Made by a program: the position numbers and the translations under genes. From NCBI RefSeq assembly GCF_030013595.1, contig NZ_CP122768.1: 64,000 nucleotides of DNA; one strand, 5' to 3'. The notes under the pieces are model-generated. The model made no database searches. It was not told where the DNA came from and was given only the letters and a program-made list of their open reading frames with translations. The DNA is from Escherichia coli. GTDB taxonomy: Bacteria > Pseudomonadota > Gammaproteobacteria > Enterobacterales > Enterobacteriaceae. Shown one piece after another: positions 1 through 9,676 of the stretch; within the stretch, counting starts at the first letter, position 1, and each line of letters opens with the position of its first letter.

Positions 1-433
1 CTTCACGAGTCAGACGACCACCCACACCGGTGCCTTTAATGGCGCTGGCGTCGAGGTTGTGTTCAGCCAGCAGGCGACGGATCGCCGGGCTTAACGCATC
101 GTTGTTTTGCTCTTCCAGAGACGCCTGCTGGCGTTGCGCCGGAGTGGACGCTTTCTCTTCAGATTTGGCGCTGGTTTCTTTACCCGCGCTGTTGCCTTCA
201 CGCAGGCGACCAAGGATCTGACGAGACGTTACCGTTGTACCTTCATCTTCCAGAACCGCATCCAGAATGCCGTCTGCTGATGCCGGTACTTCCAGTACCA
301 CTTTGTCAGTTTCGATTTCTACCAGCACTTCATCACGTACGACTGCGTCGCCGGGTTTTTTATGCCAGGTTGCGACGGTGGCATCGGCTACGGATTCAGG
401 CAGGTCAGGGACCAGAATATCTACGCTACTCAT
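1..433 (-). CDS. sucB: dihydrolipoyllysine-residue succinyltransferase (2-oxoglutarate dehydrogenase E2), N-terminal part; 3' end lies beyond the window start
   Basis: Minus-strand ATG at 431-433; translation begins MSSV..., matching the SucB N-terminus as I recall it; 14 bp downstream of the sucA stop. Confidence 0.88.
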   Translation of the reverse strand, partial: MSSVDILVPDLPESVADATVATWHKKPGDAVVRDEVLVEIETDKVVLEVPASADGILDAVLEDEGTTVTSRQILGRLREGNSAGKETSAKSEEKASTPAQRQQASLEEQNNDALSPAIRRLLAEHNLDASAIKGTGVGGRLTRE

Positions 434-447
434 TGTGTATCCTTTAT

Positions 448-3249
448 TTATTCGACGTTCAGCGCGTCATTAACCAGATCTTGTTGCTGTTTCTGGTGAA
501 CGGACATATACCCTACCGCCGGAGAGGCGGAGGCCGGGCGGCCTGCATAACGCAGAGAAGCCCCAAACGGAATCACTTCACGGAAATGATGCTGGCTGCA
601 GTACCATGCGCCCTGGTTGAGCGGCTCTTCCTGGCACCAGACAAAATCCTTGACGTGAGCAAACTGCTGCAACACTTCCTGCATCGCTTTATGCGGGAAC
701 GGGTAGAGTTGCTCGATACGCACAATGGCGACATCGTGTTGATTGTTCTTACGACGTTGTTCCAGCAGGTCGTAATAAACCTTACCAGAACACATCACTA
801 CGCGCTTCACGCCCTTCGGATCAAGCTCGTCGATTTCACCGATGGCTGGCAGGAAGGTGCCGTTCGCCAGTTCTTCGAGGCTGGATACCGCCAGCGGATG
901 ACGCAGCAGGGATTTCGGCGACATCACGACCAGTGGACGACGCATCCCGCGCAACGCCTGACGACGCAGCATGTGGTAAACCTGTGCCGGGGTAGACGGG
1001 ACGCACACCTGCATGTTTTGCTCAGCGCAAAGTTGCAGATAACGTTCCAGACGCGCGGAGGAGTGCTCCGGTCCCTGCCCTTCGTAACCGTGCGGCAGCA
1101 ACATCACCAGGCCACACATCCGGCCCCATTTCTGCTCGCCAGAGGAGATGAACTGGTCGATAACCACCTGAGCACCGTTAGCGAAGTCACCGAACTGTGC
1201 TTCCCAGATAGTCAGAGTGCGTGGTTCTGCGGTGGCATAACCGTATTCAAACGCCAGCACTGCTTCTTCAGACAGTACGGAGTCCCAGACACGGAACGCG
1301 CCCTGGCCGTTATGGATGTGTTGCAGCGGCGTGTAAGTGGAACCGTTAGACTGGTTGTGGATCACCGCGTGGCGGTGGAAGAAGGTACCGCGACCGGAGT
1401 CTTCACCCGACAGGCGAACCGGAATGCCTTCGTCAACCAGCGTGGCGTAAGCGAGGTTTTCCGCGCCGCCCCAGTCGAACAGTTTCTCACCGGCAGCCAT
1501 CGCCTGGCGATCGCCATAAATCTTGGCAACGCGAGACTGCATTTCAACTGCTTCCGGCACCGTGCTGATGCGTTTAGCCAGTTCCTGCAGGCGCTTCATC
1601 TCAACTTTGTTCGGGTACTCTTCGTCCCATTCGTGGTTGAGGTACGGTGACCAGGTGAAAGAGTGCATGTTCATCGGACGCCACTCTGCTACCACGCAAT
1701 CGCCAGCATCCAGCGCATCGCGGTACAGGTTAACCATCTCGGTGGCATCTTCCAGCGTCGCGACTTTTTCTTGCTCCAGCTTGTCAGCGTAGATTTTGCG
1801 CGGCGTCGGATGTTTTTTGATTTTCTGATACATCAGCGGCTGGGTTGCGCTCGGCTCGTCGGCTTCGTTATGGCCATGACGGCGGTAGCACACCAGGTCG
1901 ATGAAGACATCACGTTTAAAGGTGTTACGGAAATCGAGCGCCAGACGGGTCACAAAGGCAACGGCTTCAGGATCATCCGCGTTAACGTGGAAAATCGGTG
2001 CCTGAACCATCTTACCGATATCAGTACAGTACGGCGTCGAACGGGCATCCAGCGGGTTAGAGGTGGTGAAGCCAACCTGGTTGTTGATAACGATACGTAC
2101 CGTACCGCCAACTTCATAGCCACGCGCTTTCGACATGTTCAGGGTTTCCTGAACCACGCCCTGCCCGGTCACTGCGGCGTCACCGTGGATGGTAATTGGC
2201 AGCACTTTGTTGCTGCTCGGCTCATCAAGTCTGTCCAGACGGGCACGAACAGAACCGATAACTACCGGGCTGACAATCTCAAGGTGAGACGGGTTAAACG
2301 CCAGCGCCAGGTGCACCAGGCCGCCATCGGTCTGGAAGTCAGACGAGAAGCCCATGTGGTATTTCACGTCGCCCGTGCCGAGGTGTTCTTTATGTTTACC
2401 GGCAAACTCGTCGAACAAGTCTTGCGGTTTTTTACCCAGCACGTTCACCAGCACGTTCAGACGACCACGGTGCGCCATCCCGAGAACCACTTCGCGGGTG
2501 CCGCTGTTGCCAGCGTGGCGGATCATCTCTTTAAGCATCGGGATTAACGCGTCACCGCCTTCCAGCGAGAAGCGTTTTGCGCCAGGGAATTTTGCGCCGA
2601 GGTAACGTTCAAGGCCTTCAGCGGCGGTCAGTTCGCTTAAGAAGCGTTTTTTCTCTTCGCTATTGAAAGTCGCGCGACCAGACTCGATACGCTGTTGGAT
2701 CCAGCGTTTTTCTTCGGTGCTGGTAATATGCATATACTCGGCACCAATCGGGCCGCAGTAGGTTTGCTTGAGGGCTTCCAGCAGCTCGCCGAGTTTCATG
2801 GTTTCTTTGCCGCTGGCAAATGAACCGACGTTGAAGGTCTCCTGGAAGTCTGCTTCGGTCAGATCGTGGAAAGACGGATCCAGATCGGCCACTTTATCTT
2901 GCTGCCACAGTCCCAGCGGATCGAGATTCGCATGCTGGTGACCACGGAAGCGGTATGCGTTAATGAGCTGCAGGACTTTAACCTGCTTCACATTGGTGTC
3001 AGGGTCGGAGATCGTTGAAGAGTAACGTGAAGCGTCTTTCGCCAGGCGGCGGAAATATTCACGCGTTTGAGAGTGGAATTGATCCGGTTTGACTCCCGTA
3101 CCAGGTAACTGCTGGAACGTCGAACGCCAGTTAGCGTCAACCGAGTCAGGATCGGTTAAGAAGTCTTCATAGAGCTGTTCTATCCAGCTCTGGTTTGCGC
3201 CAGAGAGGTAAGAAGAGTCCAACCAGGCTTTCAAAGCGCTGTTCTGCAT
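448..3249 (-). CDS. sucA: 2-oxoglutarate dehydrogenase E1 component
   Basis: ORF track 933 aa, MQNSALKAWLDSSYL...; full-length recognisable SucA; ATG at 3247-3249 with upstream AAGGGA. Confidence 0.97.
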   Translation of the reverse strand: MQNSALKAWLDSSYLSGANQSWIEQLYEDFLTDPDSVDANWRSTFQQLPGTGVKPDQFHSQTREYFRRLAKDASRYSSTISDPDTNVKQVKVLQLINAYRFRGHQHANLDPLGLWQQDKVADLDPSFHDLTEADFQETFNVGSFASGKETMKLGELLEALKQTYCGPIGAEYMHITSTEEKRWIQQRIESGRATFNSEEKKRFLSELTAAEGLERYLGAKFPGAKRFSLEGGDALIPMLKEMIRHAGNSGTREVVLGMAHRGRLNVLVNVLGKKPQDLFDEFAGKHKEHLGTGDVKYHMGFSSDFQTDGGLVHLALAFNPSHLEIVSPVVIGSVRARLDRLDEPSSNKVLPITIHGDAAVTGQGVVQETLNMSKARGYEVGGTVRIVINNQVGFTTSNPLDARSTPYCTDIGKMVQAPIFHVNADDPEAVAFVTRLALDFRNTFKRDVFIDLVCYRRHGHNEADEPSATQPLMYQKIKKHPTPRKIYADKLEQEKVATLEDATEMVNLYRDALDAGDCVVAEWRPMNMHSFTWSPYLNHEWDEEYPNKVEMKRLQELAKRISTVPEAVEMQSRVAKIYGDRQAMAAGEKLFDWGGAENLAYATLVDEGIPVRLSGEDSGRGTFFHRHAVIHNQSNGSTYTPLQHIHNGQGAFRVWDSVLSEEAVLAFEYGYATAEPRTLTIWEAQFGDFANGAQVVIDQFISSGEQKWGRMCGLVMLLPHGYEGQGPEHSSARLERYLQLCAEQNMQVCVPSTPAQVYHMLRRQALRGMRRPLVVMSPKSLLRHPLAVSSLEELANGTFLPAIGEIDELDPKGVKRVVMCSGKVYYDLLEQRRKNNQHDVAIVRIEQLYPFPHKAMQEVLQQFAHVKDFVWCQEEPLNQGAWYCSQHHFREVIPFGASLRYAGRPASASPAVGYMSVHQKQQQDLVNDALNVE

Positions 3250-3449
3250 CGTGATCCCTTAAGCATCTTTTTTATGCTTACTTCGCCGTGGATACTACCA
3301 CGCACAGTGATGTGCGTGCCGGGGTTCACTTGCGAGCTCTTGTCTACGTAGTGGCTCGCGAAGGAACCTTTAAAAACTGTCTTAGTGTCAGGGGCAGTTT
3401 TTAAAGATATCCTGAATAGCCGGGGGATTACCCCGGCATCAACATTTAA

Positions 3450-4166
3450 TTACGCATTACGTTGCAACAACATCGACTTGATATGGCCGATGGCGCGCGT
3501 CGGGTTCAGCCCCTTCGGACATACACTGACGCAGTTCATGATGCTGTGACAGCGGAATACACTGAATGCATCGCTCAAACCGTCGAGGCGGCTGTCAGTC
3601 TCGGTATCACGGCTATCGATCAGGAAACGATATGCCGCTAACAAGCCTGCCGGGCCGATAAACTTATCGGGATTCCACCAGAAAGACGGACAAGAGGTTG
3701 AACAACATGCGCAGAGAATACATTCATACAGCCCGTCGAGTTTTTCGCGCTGCTCTGGCATCTGTAAATGCTCGCGAGCTGGCGGATTTTGTCCATTATT
3801 CAACAGGTAAGGCTTAATTTTCTCATATTGCGCATAGAATTGTCCCATGTCTACCACCAAATCGCGGATCACCGGTAAACCTGGCAGCGGGCGAATCACA
3901 ATCTTCTTGCCCGGCTGGTTGAGTGCCGAAATCGGGGTAATACAGGCCAGACCATTCTTGCCGTTCATGTTCAGACCGTCGGAACCGCACACACCTTCAC
4001 GACAGGAGCGACGGAACGACAGGCTGGGATCTTTCTCTTTCAGCTGGATAAGCGCATCCAGCAGCATCATGTCGCGACCTTCTTCCGCTTCCAGGGTGTA
4101 ATCCTGCATACGCGGAGCATCATCAACATCCGGGTTATAGCGATAAATTGAAAACTCGAGTCTCAT
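3450..4166 (-). CDS. sdhB: succinate dehydrogenase iron-sulfur subunit
   Basis: ORF track 238 aa, MRLEFSIYRYNPDVDD..., Cys clusters typical of SdhB. Confidence 0.97.
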   Translation of the reverse strand: MRLEFSIYRYNPDVDDAPRMQDYTLEAEEGRDMMLLDALIQLKEKDPSLSFRRSCREGVCGSDGLNMNGKNGLACITPISALNQPGKKIVIRPLPGLPVIRDLVVDMGQFYAQYEKIKPYLLNNGQNPPAREHLQMPEQREKLDGLYECILCACCSTSCPSFWWNPDKFIGPAGLLAAYRFLIDSRDTETDSRLDGLSDAFSVFRCHSIMNCVSVCPKGLNPTRAIGHIKSMLLQRNA

Positions 4167-4181
4167 TTTCCTGTCTCCGCA

Positions 4182-5948
4182 TTAGTAAGTACGAATCTTC
4201 GGCGGGAATGCCGGGCGCAGTTTCGGTTCCATGTTGACGCTTCGGCGCGTCATGGATTCCGACTCTGGCAGATACAGGGAGTGGCACAGCCAGTTTTCAT
4301 CATCACGATCCGGGAAGTCGAAGCGGCTATGCGCGCCGCGGCTTTCGGTACGGAAGTTGGCAGAAACAGCCGTTGCATACGCCGTTTCCATCAGGTTATC
4401 CAGTTCCAGGCACTCAACACGCTGGGTGTTGAACTCGCTGGAAGTGTCATCCAGACGGGCATTTTTCAGACGCTCACGGATCACTTTCAACTGCTCAAGC
4501 CCTTTCGCCATCGCATCACCTTCACGGAAGACCGAGAAGTTATGCTGCATACATTCTTGCAGTGCTTTACGGATCGCCACCGGATCTTCACCGTTACGGT
4601 TGTTGTTCCAGCGGTTCAGGCGATCCAGAGACGCTTCTACATCAGACTCGCTGGCATCGCGCAGTGCGCCCTGCTCGGCGATAGACTCTTGCAGATGCAG
4701 ACCCGCTGCGCGACCAAAGACCACCAGGTCCAGCAGCGAGTTGCCGCCCAGACGGTTAGCGCCGTGTACCGATACACAAGCGATTTCACCAACGGCAAAC
4801 AGCCCCGGAACAACCACATCTTCGCCTTTCTCATTCACGGTCAGCGCCTGACCGGTCACTTTGGTCGGAATACCGCCCATCATGTAGTGACAGGTTGGGA
4901 TAACCGGGATCGGCTCTTTCACCGGATCAACGTGAGCGAAGGTACGGGAGAGTTCCAGAATACCCGGCAGACGGGATTCGAGAACTTCTTTACCCAGGTG
5001 GTCAAGTTTCAGTTTCGCGTGTGGCCCCCACGGACCATCACAGCCGCGACCTTCACGGATTTCAATCATGATGGAACGCGCCACCACGTCACGGCCCGCC
5101 AGGTCTTTGGCGTTCGGCGCATAACGCTCCATAAAGCGTTCGCCATGTTTGTTCAGCAGATAACCGCCTTCACCACGGCAACCTTCGGTGACCAGTACGC
5201 CCGCTCCTGCAATGCCGGTCGGGTGGAACTGCCACATTTCCATATCCTGCACTGGTACGCCTGCACGGATAGCCATGCCGACGCCGTCGCCAGTGTTAAT
5301 GTGGGCGTTGGTAGTGGACTGATAAATACGCCCTGCCCCGCCAGTCGCCAGCACGGTAGCGCGGGCTTTGAAATAAACCACTTCACCAGTTTCGATGCAC
5401 AGTGCGGTACAACCGACCACCGCGCCATCCTGGTTTTTCACCAGATCCAGCGCATACCACTCGGAGAAAATGGTGGTGTGGTTTTTCAGGTTCTGCTGAT
5501 AAAGGGTGTGCAACAGTGCGTGACCGGTACGGTCAGCAGCCGCCGCAGTACGTGCCGCCTGCTCGCCGCCGAAGTTTTTCGACTGACCGCCAAACGGACG
5601 TTGATAGATACGACCATCATCAAGACGCGAGAACGGCAGACCCATATGTTCCAGTTCCAGAATCGCTTCCGGCCCGGTTTTACACATATATTCAATCGCG
5701 TCCTGGTCACCGATATAGTCCGAACCTTTTACGGTGTCGTACATATGCCATTCCCAGTTATCTTCATGGGTATTACCCAGCGCAACGGTAATGCCGCCTT
5801 GCGCAGAAACGGTATGGGAACGGGTCGGGAAGACTTTAGAGAGCAGCGCACAGGTCTGACCGCTCTGGGAAATTTGCAGCGCCGCGCGCATACCTGCGCC
5901 ACCGGCACCAATCACAACTGCATCAAATTCTCTGACTGGCAATTTCAT
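4182..5948 (-). CDS. sdhA: succinate dehydrogenase flavoprotein subunit
   Basis: ORF track 592 aa; real start taken at internal [19 protein letters not shown] (ATG 5946-5948, ATGA overlap with sdhD stop), giving 588 aa. Confidence 0.95.
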   Translation of the reverse strand: MKLPVREFDAVVIGAGGAGMRAALQISQSGQTCALLSKVFPTRSHTVSAQGGITVALGNTHEDNWEWHMYDTVKGSDYIGDQDAIEYMCKTGPEAILELEHMGLPFSRLDDGRIYQRPFGGQSKNFGGEQAARTAAAADRTGHALLHTLYQQNLKNHTTIFSEWYALDLVKNQDGAVVGCTALCIETGEVVYFKARATVLATGGAGRIYQSTTNAHINTGDGVGMAIRAGVPVQDMEMWQFHPTGIAGAGVLVTEGCRGEGGYLLNKHGERFMERYAPNAKDLAGRDVVARSIMIEIREGRGCDGPWGPHAKLKLDHLGKEVLESRLPGILELSRTFAHVDPVKEPIPVIPTCHYMMGGIPTKVTGQALTVNEKGEDVVVPGLFAVGEIACVSVHGANRLGGNSLLDLVVFGRAAGLHLQESIAEQGALRDASESDVEASLDRLNRWNNNRNGEDPVAIRKALQECMQHNFSVFREGDAMAKGLEQLKVIRERLKNARLDDTSSEFNTQRVECLELDNLMETAYATAVSANFRTESRGAHSRFDFPDRDDENWLCHSLYLPESESMTRRSVNMEPKLRPAFPPKIRTY

Positions 5949-6295
5949 CACACACCCCACACCACAACGAATCCATAAATCACGTAAACCACCAGAGCAA
6001 CGACAATCACCAGTTGCAGCATCAGGCGCAAGGCCAGCGGTTTAACGTAGTCGGTCAACACCTGCCACATGCCGATCCAGGCATGGATCAAGATAGAAAA
6101 CAGCGCCAGCAGGGTGAACACTTTGGTGAACGCAGAGGCGAAGAAACCGATCCAGACTTCATATGTCAGCTCGCCACTGGTAGCGAAAAAACCGACCATA
6201 TAAATGATGTAGAGCGTCAGGACGATAGCGGTAGCGCGAACGAGGATGAAATCATGTACGCCATTGCGTCCTAATGCGGAGGCGTTGCTTACCAT
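5948..6295 (-). CDS. sdhD: succinate dehydrogenase membrane anchor subunit
   Basis: ORF track 115 aa [16 protein letters not shown]..., hydrophobic; start overlaps sdhC stop. Confidence 0.95.
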
Positions 6296-6678
6296 ACGAG
6301 GACTCCTGCGAGAAGTGAAAGCACGACAGTAATAACAAAGGAGATTTTGGCGGAGCGTTTACCCGCTTCGAATGTTTCTTCCAGATAGCCAAAATCCATC
6401 ATCATGTGGCGAATACCTACGACGACGTGATACGCCAGAGCGGTAAGGATGCCCCACATGATAAATTTGACGAAGAAGCTGCCCATAATCGCGGAAGCTT
6501 GCTCGAAACCTTCAGGGGAAGAGAGGCTGGTACCCAGAAGCCACAGCAGGATGCCCACTGCAACAAAGGTGATCACACCGGAAACGCGATGGAGAATGGA
6601 CGCTATCGCCGTGATGGGGAACCGGATGGTCTGTAGGTCCAGATTAACAGGTCTTTGTTTTTTCACATTTCTTATCAT
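6289..6678 (-). CDS. sdhC: succinate dehydrogenase cytochrome b556 subunit
   Basis: ORF track 134 aa; start placed at internal [15 protein letters not shown] (ATG 6676-6678), giving 129 aa. Confidence 0.9.
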
Positions 6679-7386
6679 GAATAACGCCCACATGCTGTTC
6701 TTATTATTCCCTGGGGACTACGGGCACAGAGGTTAACTTTCTGTTACCTGGAGACGTCGGGATTTCCTTCCTCCGGTCTGCTTGCGGGTCAGACAGCGTC
6801 CTTTCTATAACTGCGCGTCATGCAAAACACTGCTTCCAGATGCGAAAACGACACGTTACAACGCTGGGTGGCTCGGGATTGCAGGGTGTTCCGGAGACCT
6901 GGCGGCAGTATAGGCCGTTCACAAAATCATTACAATTAACCTACATATAGTTTGTCGGGTTTTATCCTGAACAGTGATCCAGGTCACGATAACAACATTT
7001 ATTTAATTTTTAACCATCTAATTTGACAATCATTCAACAAAGTTGTTACAAACATTACCAGGAAAAGCATATAATGCGTAAAAGTTATGAAGTCGGTATT
7101 TCACCTAAGATTAACTTATGTAACAGTGTGGAAGTATTGACCAATTCATTCGGGACAGTTATTAGTGGTAGACAAGTTTAATAATTCGGATTGCTAAGTA
7201 CTTGATTCGCCATTTATTCGTCATCAATGGATCCTTTACCTGCAAGCGCCCAGAGCTCTGTACCCAGGTTTTCCCCTCTTTCACAGAGCGGCGAGCCAAA
7301 TAACAAACGGGTAAAGCCAGGTTGATGTGCGAAGGCAAATTTAAGTTCCGGCAGTCTTACGCAATAAGGCGCTAAGGAGACCTTAA

Positions 7387-8670
7387 ATGGCTGATACAAA
7401 AGCAAAACTCACCCTCAACGGGGACACAGCTGTTGAACTGGATGTGCTGAAAGGCACGCTGGGTCAAGATGTTATTGATATCCGTACTCTCGGTTCAAAA
7501 GGTGTGTTCACCTTTGACCCAGGCTTCACTTCAACCGCATCCTGCGAATCTAAAATTACTTTTATTGATGGTGATGAAGGTATTTTGCTGCACCGCGGTT
7601 TCCCGATCGATCAGCTGGCGACCGATTCTAACTACCTGGAAGTTTGTTACATCCTGCTGAATGGTGAAAAACCGACTCAGGAACAGTATGACGAATTTAA
7701 AACTACGGTGACCCGTCATACCATGATCCACGAGCAGATTACCCGTCTGTTCCATGCTTTCCGTCGCGACTCGCATCCAATGGCAGTCATGTGTGGTATT
7801 ACCGGCGCGCTGGCGGCGTTCTATCACGACTCGCTGGATGTTAACAATCCTCGTCATCGTGAAATTGCCGCGTTCCGCCTGCTGTCGAAAATGCCGACCA
7901 TGGCCGCGATGTGTTACAAGTATTCCATTGGTCAGCCATTTGTTTACCCGCGCAACGATCTCTCCTATGCCGGTAACTTCCTGAATATGATGTTCTCCAC
8001 GCCGTGCGAACCGTATGAAGTTAATCCGATTCTGGAACGTGCTATGGACCGTATTCTGATCCTGCACGCTGACCATGAACAGAACGCCTCTACCTCCACC
8101 GTGCGTACCGCTGGCTCTTCGGGGGCGAACCCGTTTGCCTGTATCGCAGCAGGTATTGCTTCACTGTGGGGACCTGCGCACGGTGGTGCTAACGAAGCGG
8201 CGCTGAAAATGCTGGAAGAAATCAGCTCCGTTAAACACATTCCGGAATTTGTTCGTCGTGCGAAAGATAAAAATGATTCTTTCCGCCTGATGGGCTTCGG
8301 GCACCGCGTGTACAAAAATTACGACCCGCGCGCCACCGTAATGCGTGAAACCTGCCATGAAGTGCTGAAAGAGCTGGGGACCAAAGATGACCTGCTGGAA
8401 GTGGCTATGGAGCTGGAAAACATCGCGCTGAACGATCCGTACTTTATCGAGAAGAAATTGTACCCGAACGTCGACTTCTACTCTGGTATCATCCTGAAAG
8501 CGATGGGTATTCCGTCTTCCATGTTCACCGTCATTTTCGCAATGGCACGTACCGTTGGCTGGATCGCCCACTGGAGCGAAATGCACAGTGACGGTATGAA
8601 GATTGCCCGTCCGCGTCAACTGTATACAGGATATGAAAAACGTGACTTTAAAAGCGATATCAAGCGTTAA
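7387..8670 (+). CDS. gltA: citrate synthase
   Basis: ORF track 427 aa [20 protein letters not shown]...; divergent from sdhC across a 708-bp AT-rich control region. Confidence 0.97.
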   Translation: MADTKAKLTLNGDTAVELDVLKGTLGQDVIDIRTLGSKGVFTFDPGFTSTASCESKITFIDGDEGILLHRGFPIDQLATDSNYLEVCYILLNGEKPTQEQYDEFKTTVTRHTMIHEQITRLFHAFRRDSHPMAVMCGITGALAAFYHDSLDVNNPRHREIAAFRLLSKMPTMAAMCYKYSIGQPFVYPRNDLSYAGNFLNMMFSTPCEPYEVNPILERAMDRILILHADHEQNASTSTVRTAGSSGANPFACIAAGIASLWGPAHGGANEAALKMLEEISSVKHIPEFVRRAKDKNDSFRLMGFGHRVYKNYDPRATVMRETCHEVLKELGTKDDLLEVAMELENIALNDPYFIEKKLYPNVDFYSGIILKAMGIPSSMFTVIFAMARTVGWIAHWSEMHSDGMKIARPRQLYTGYEKRDFKSDIKR

Positions 8671-8698
8671 TGGTTGATTGCTAAGCCGTTTACTTTCC

Positions 8699-8730
8699 GA
8701 ACCCGCCTTTAATAGAGCGGGTTCTTTTTT
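8699..8730 (+). terminator. rho-independent terminator downstream of gltA
   Basis: GAACCCGC-loop-GCGGGTTC stem followed by TTTTTT. Confidence 0.65.
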
Positions 8731-9059
8731 ATATGGCTGAACATAAAAAATTGTAAAAATTAAACCAGATGCAAATACCCATTAATAAGGTGAGAAAATG
8801 TGACAAGTCACATACTGAGCAGAATGATAAGTTTATTTTTATACTTCCCTGCCGGTAGCATTATTAACTCAATGAAAATTATGCATATCCATCCCATTCC
8901 ATCCTTCATCTCATTAAACAATAAATTTATGCACTCAATTATTCCATTCTTTATATAACAAGCTTTTTAATATTGTTAAATAAAACCAAATACATTCAAC
9001 TGTCAGTTAATATATTCTTGCCTCGCAACACTCTATCTCATTATTTAAAGGACTCAGCT

Positions 9060-9626
9060 ATGTTTAAAGGACAAAAAACATTGGCCGCACTGGCCGTATC
9101 TCTGCTGTTCACTGCACCTGTTTATGCGGCTGATGAAGGATCCGGTGAAATTCACTTTAAAGGTGAAGTTATTGAAGCACCGTGTGAAATACATCAGGAT
9201 GATATTGATAAAGAGGTTGAACTCGGTCAGGTGACCACCAGCCACATTAATCAGTCGCATCACAGCGATGCCGTTGCTGTCGACCTGCGCTTAGTCAACT
9301 GCGATCTGGAAAACTCCAACAACGGTTCCGGCGGCAAGATTTCTAAAGTTGCAGTCACCTTTGACAGCTCAGCGAAAACCACCGGCGCAGATCCGATTCT
9401 CAACAACACCAGCACGGGTGAAGCGACCGGTGTCGGCGTGCGTTTAATGAATAAAGATCAAAGCAATATCGTTTTAGGCACCGCTACTCCAGATATCGAC
9501 CTGGCACCAACCTCCAGCGAACAAACGTTAAATTTCTTTGCGTGGATGGAACAAATTGATCAGGCTACGCCCGTAACACCAGGCGCAGTTACGGCGAATG
9601 CGACCTACGTACTGGATTATAAATAA
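9060..9626 (+). CDS. ybgD: fimbrial-like subunit protein
   Basis: Within ORF 8973..9626; start set at MFKGQKTLAALAVSLLFTAPVYA (signal peptide) with AAAGGA RBS; follows a long AT-rich leader. Confidence 0.85.
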   Translation: MFKGQKTLAALAVSLLFTAPVYAADEGSGEIHFKGEVIEAPCEIHQDDIDKEVELGQVTTSHINQSHHSDAVAVDLRLVNCDLENSNNGSGGKISKVAVTFDSSAKTTGADPILNNTSTGEATGVGVRLMNKDQSNIVLGTATPDIDLAPTSSEQTLNFFAWMEQIDQATPVTPGAVTANATYVLDYK

Positions 9627-9636
9627 GTATCACTTT

Positions 9637-9660
9637 GGCGGCGTCATCGCCGCCTTTCTT
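9637..9660 (+). terminator. intra-operon hairpin (attenuator-like) between ybgD and ybgQ
   Basis: GGCGGCG-TCAT-CGCCGCC stem-loop followed by TTTCTT; fimbrial operons commonly carry such a structure after the major subunit gene. Confidence 0.45.
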
Positions 9661-9676
9661 CAAATATTTATCAGGT

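Noticed and set aside
235-1650. 471-aa plus-strand ORF
   Set aside because: Lies entirely antisense within sucA, has no RBS context and a low-complexity Arg/Leu-rich translation typical of antisense frames in GC-rich genes.
3250-3449. GC hairpin (AGCCGGGGGATTACCCCGGCAT) in the sucA-sdhB spacer as a terminator
   Set aside because: sdhB and sucA are co-transcribed; the hairpin lacks a U-tract and is more likely an RNA-stability or REP-like element, not called as a feature.
4281-5978. 565-aa plus-strand ORF (and 4231..4851)
   Set aside because: Antisense to sdhA, which is unambiguously the real gene; composition artefact.
9635-9676. TTG-initiated N-terminal extension of ybgQ suggested by the ORF track
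   Set aside because: The TTG sits inside the GC hairpin between ybgD and ybgQ; the ATG at 9677 gives a proper signal peptide.
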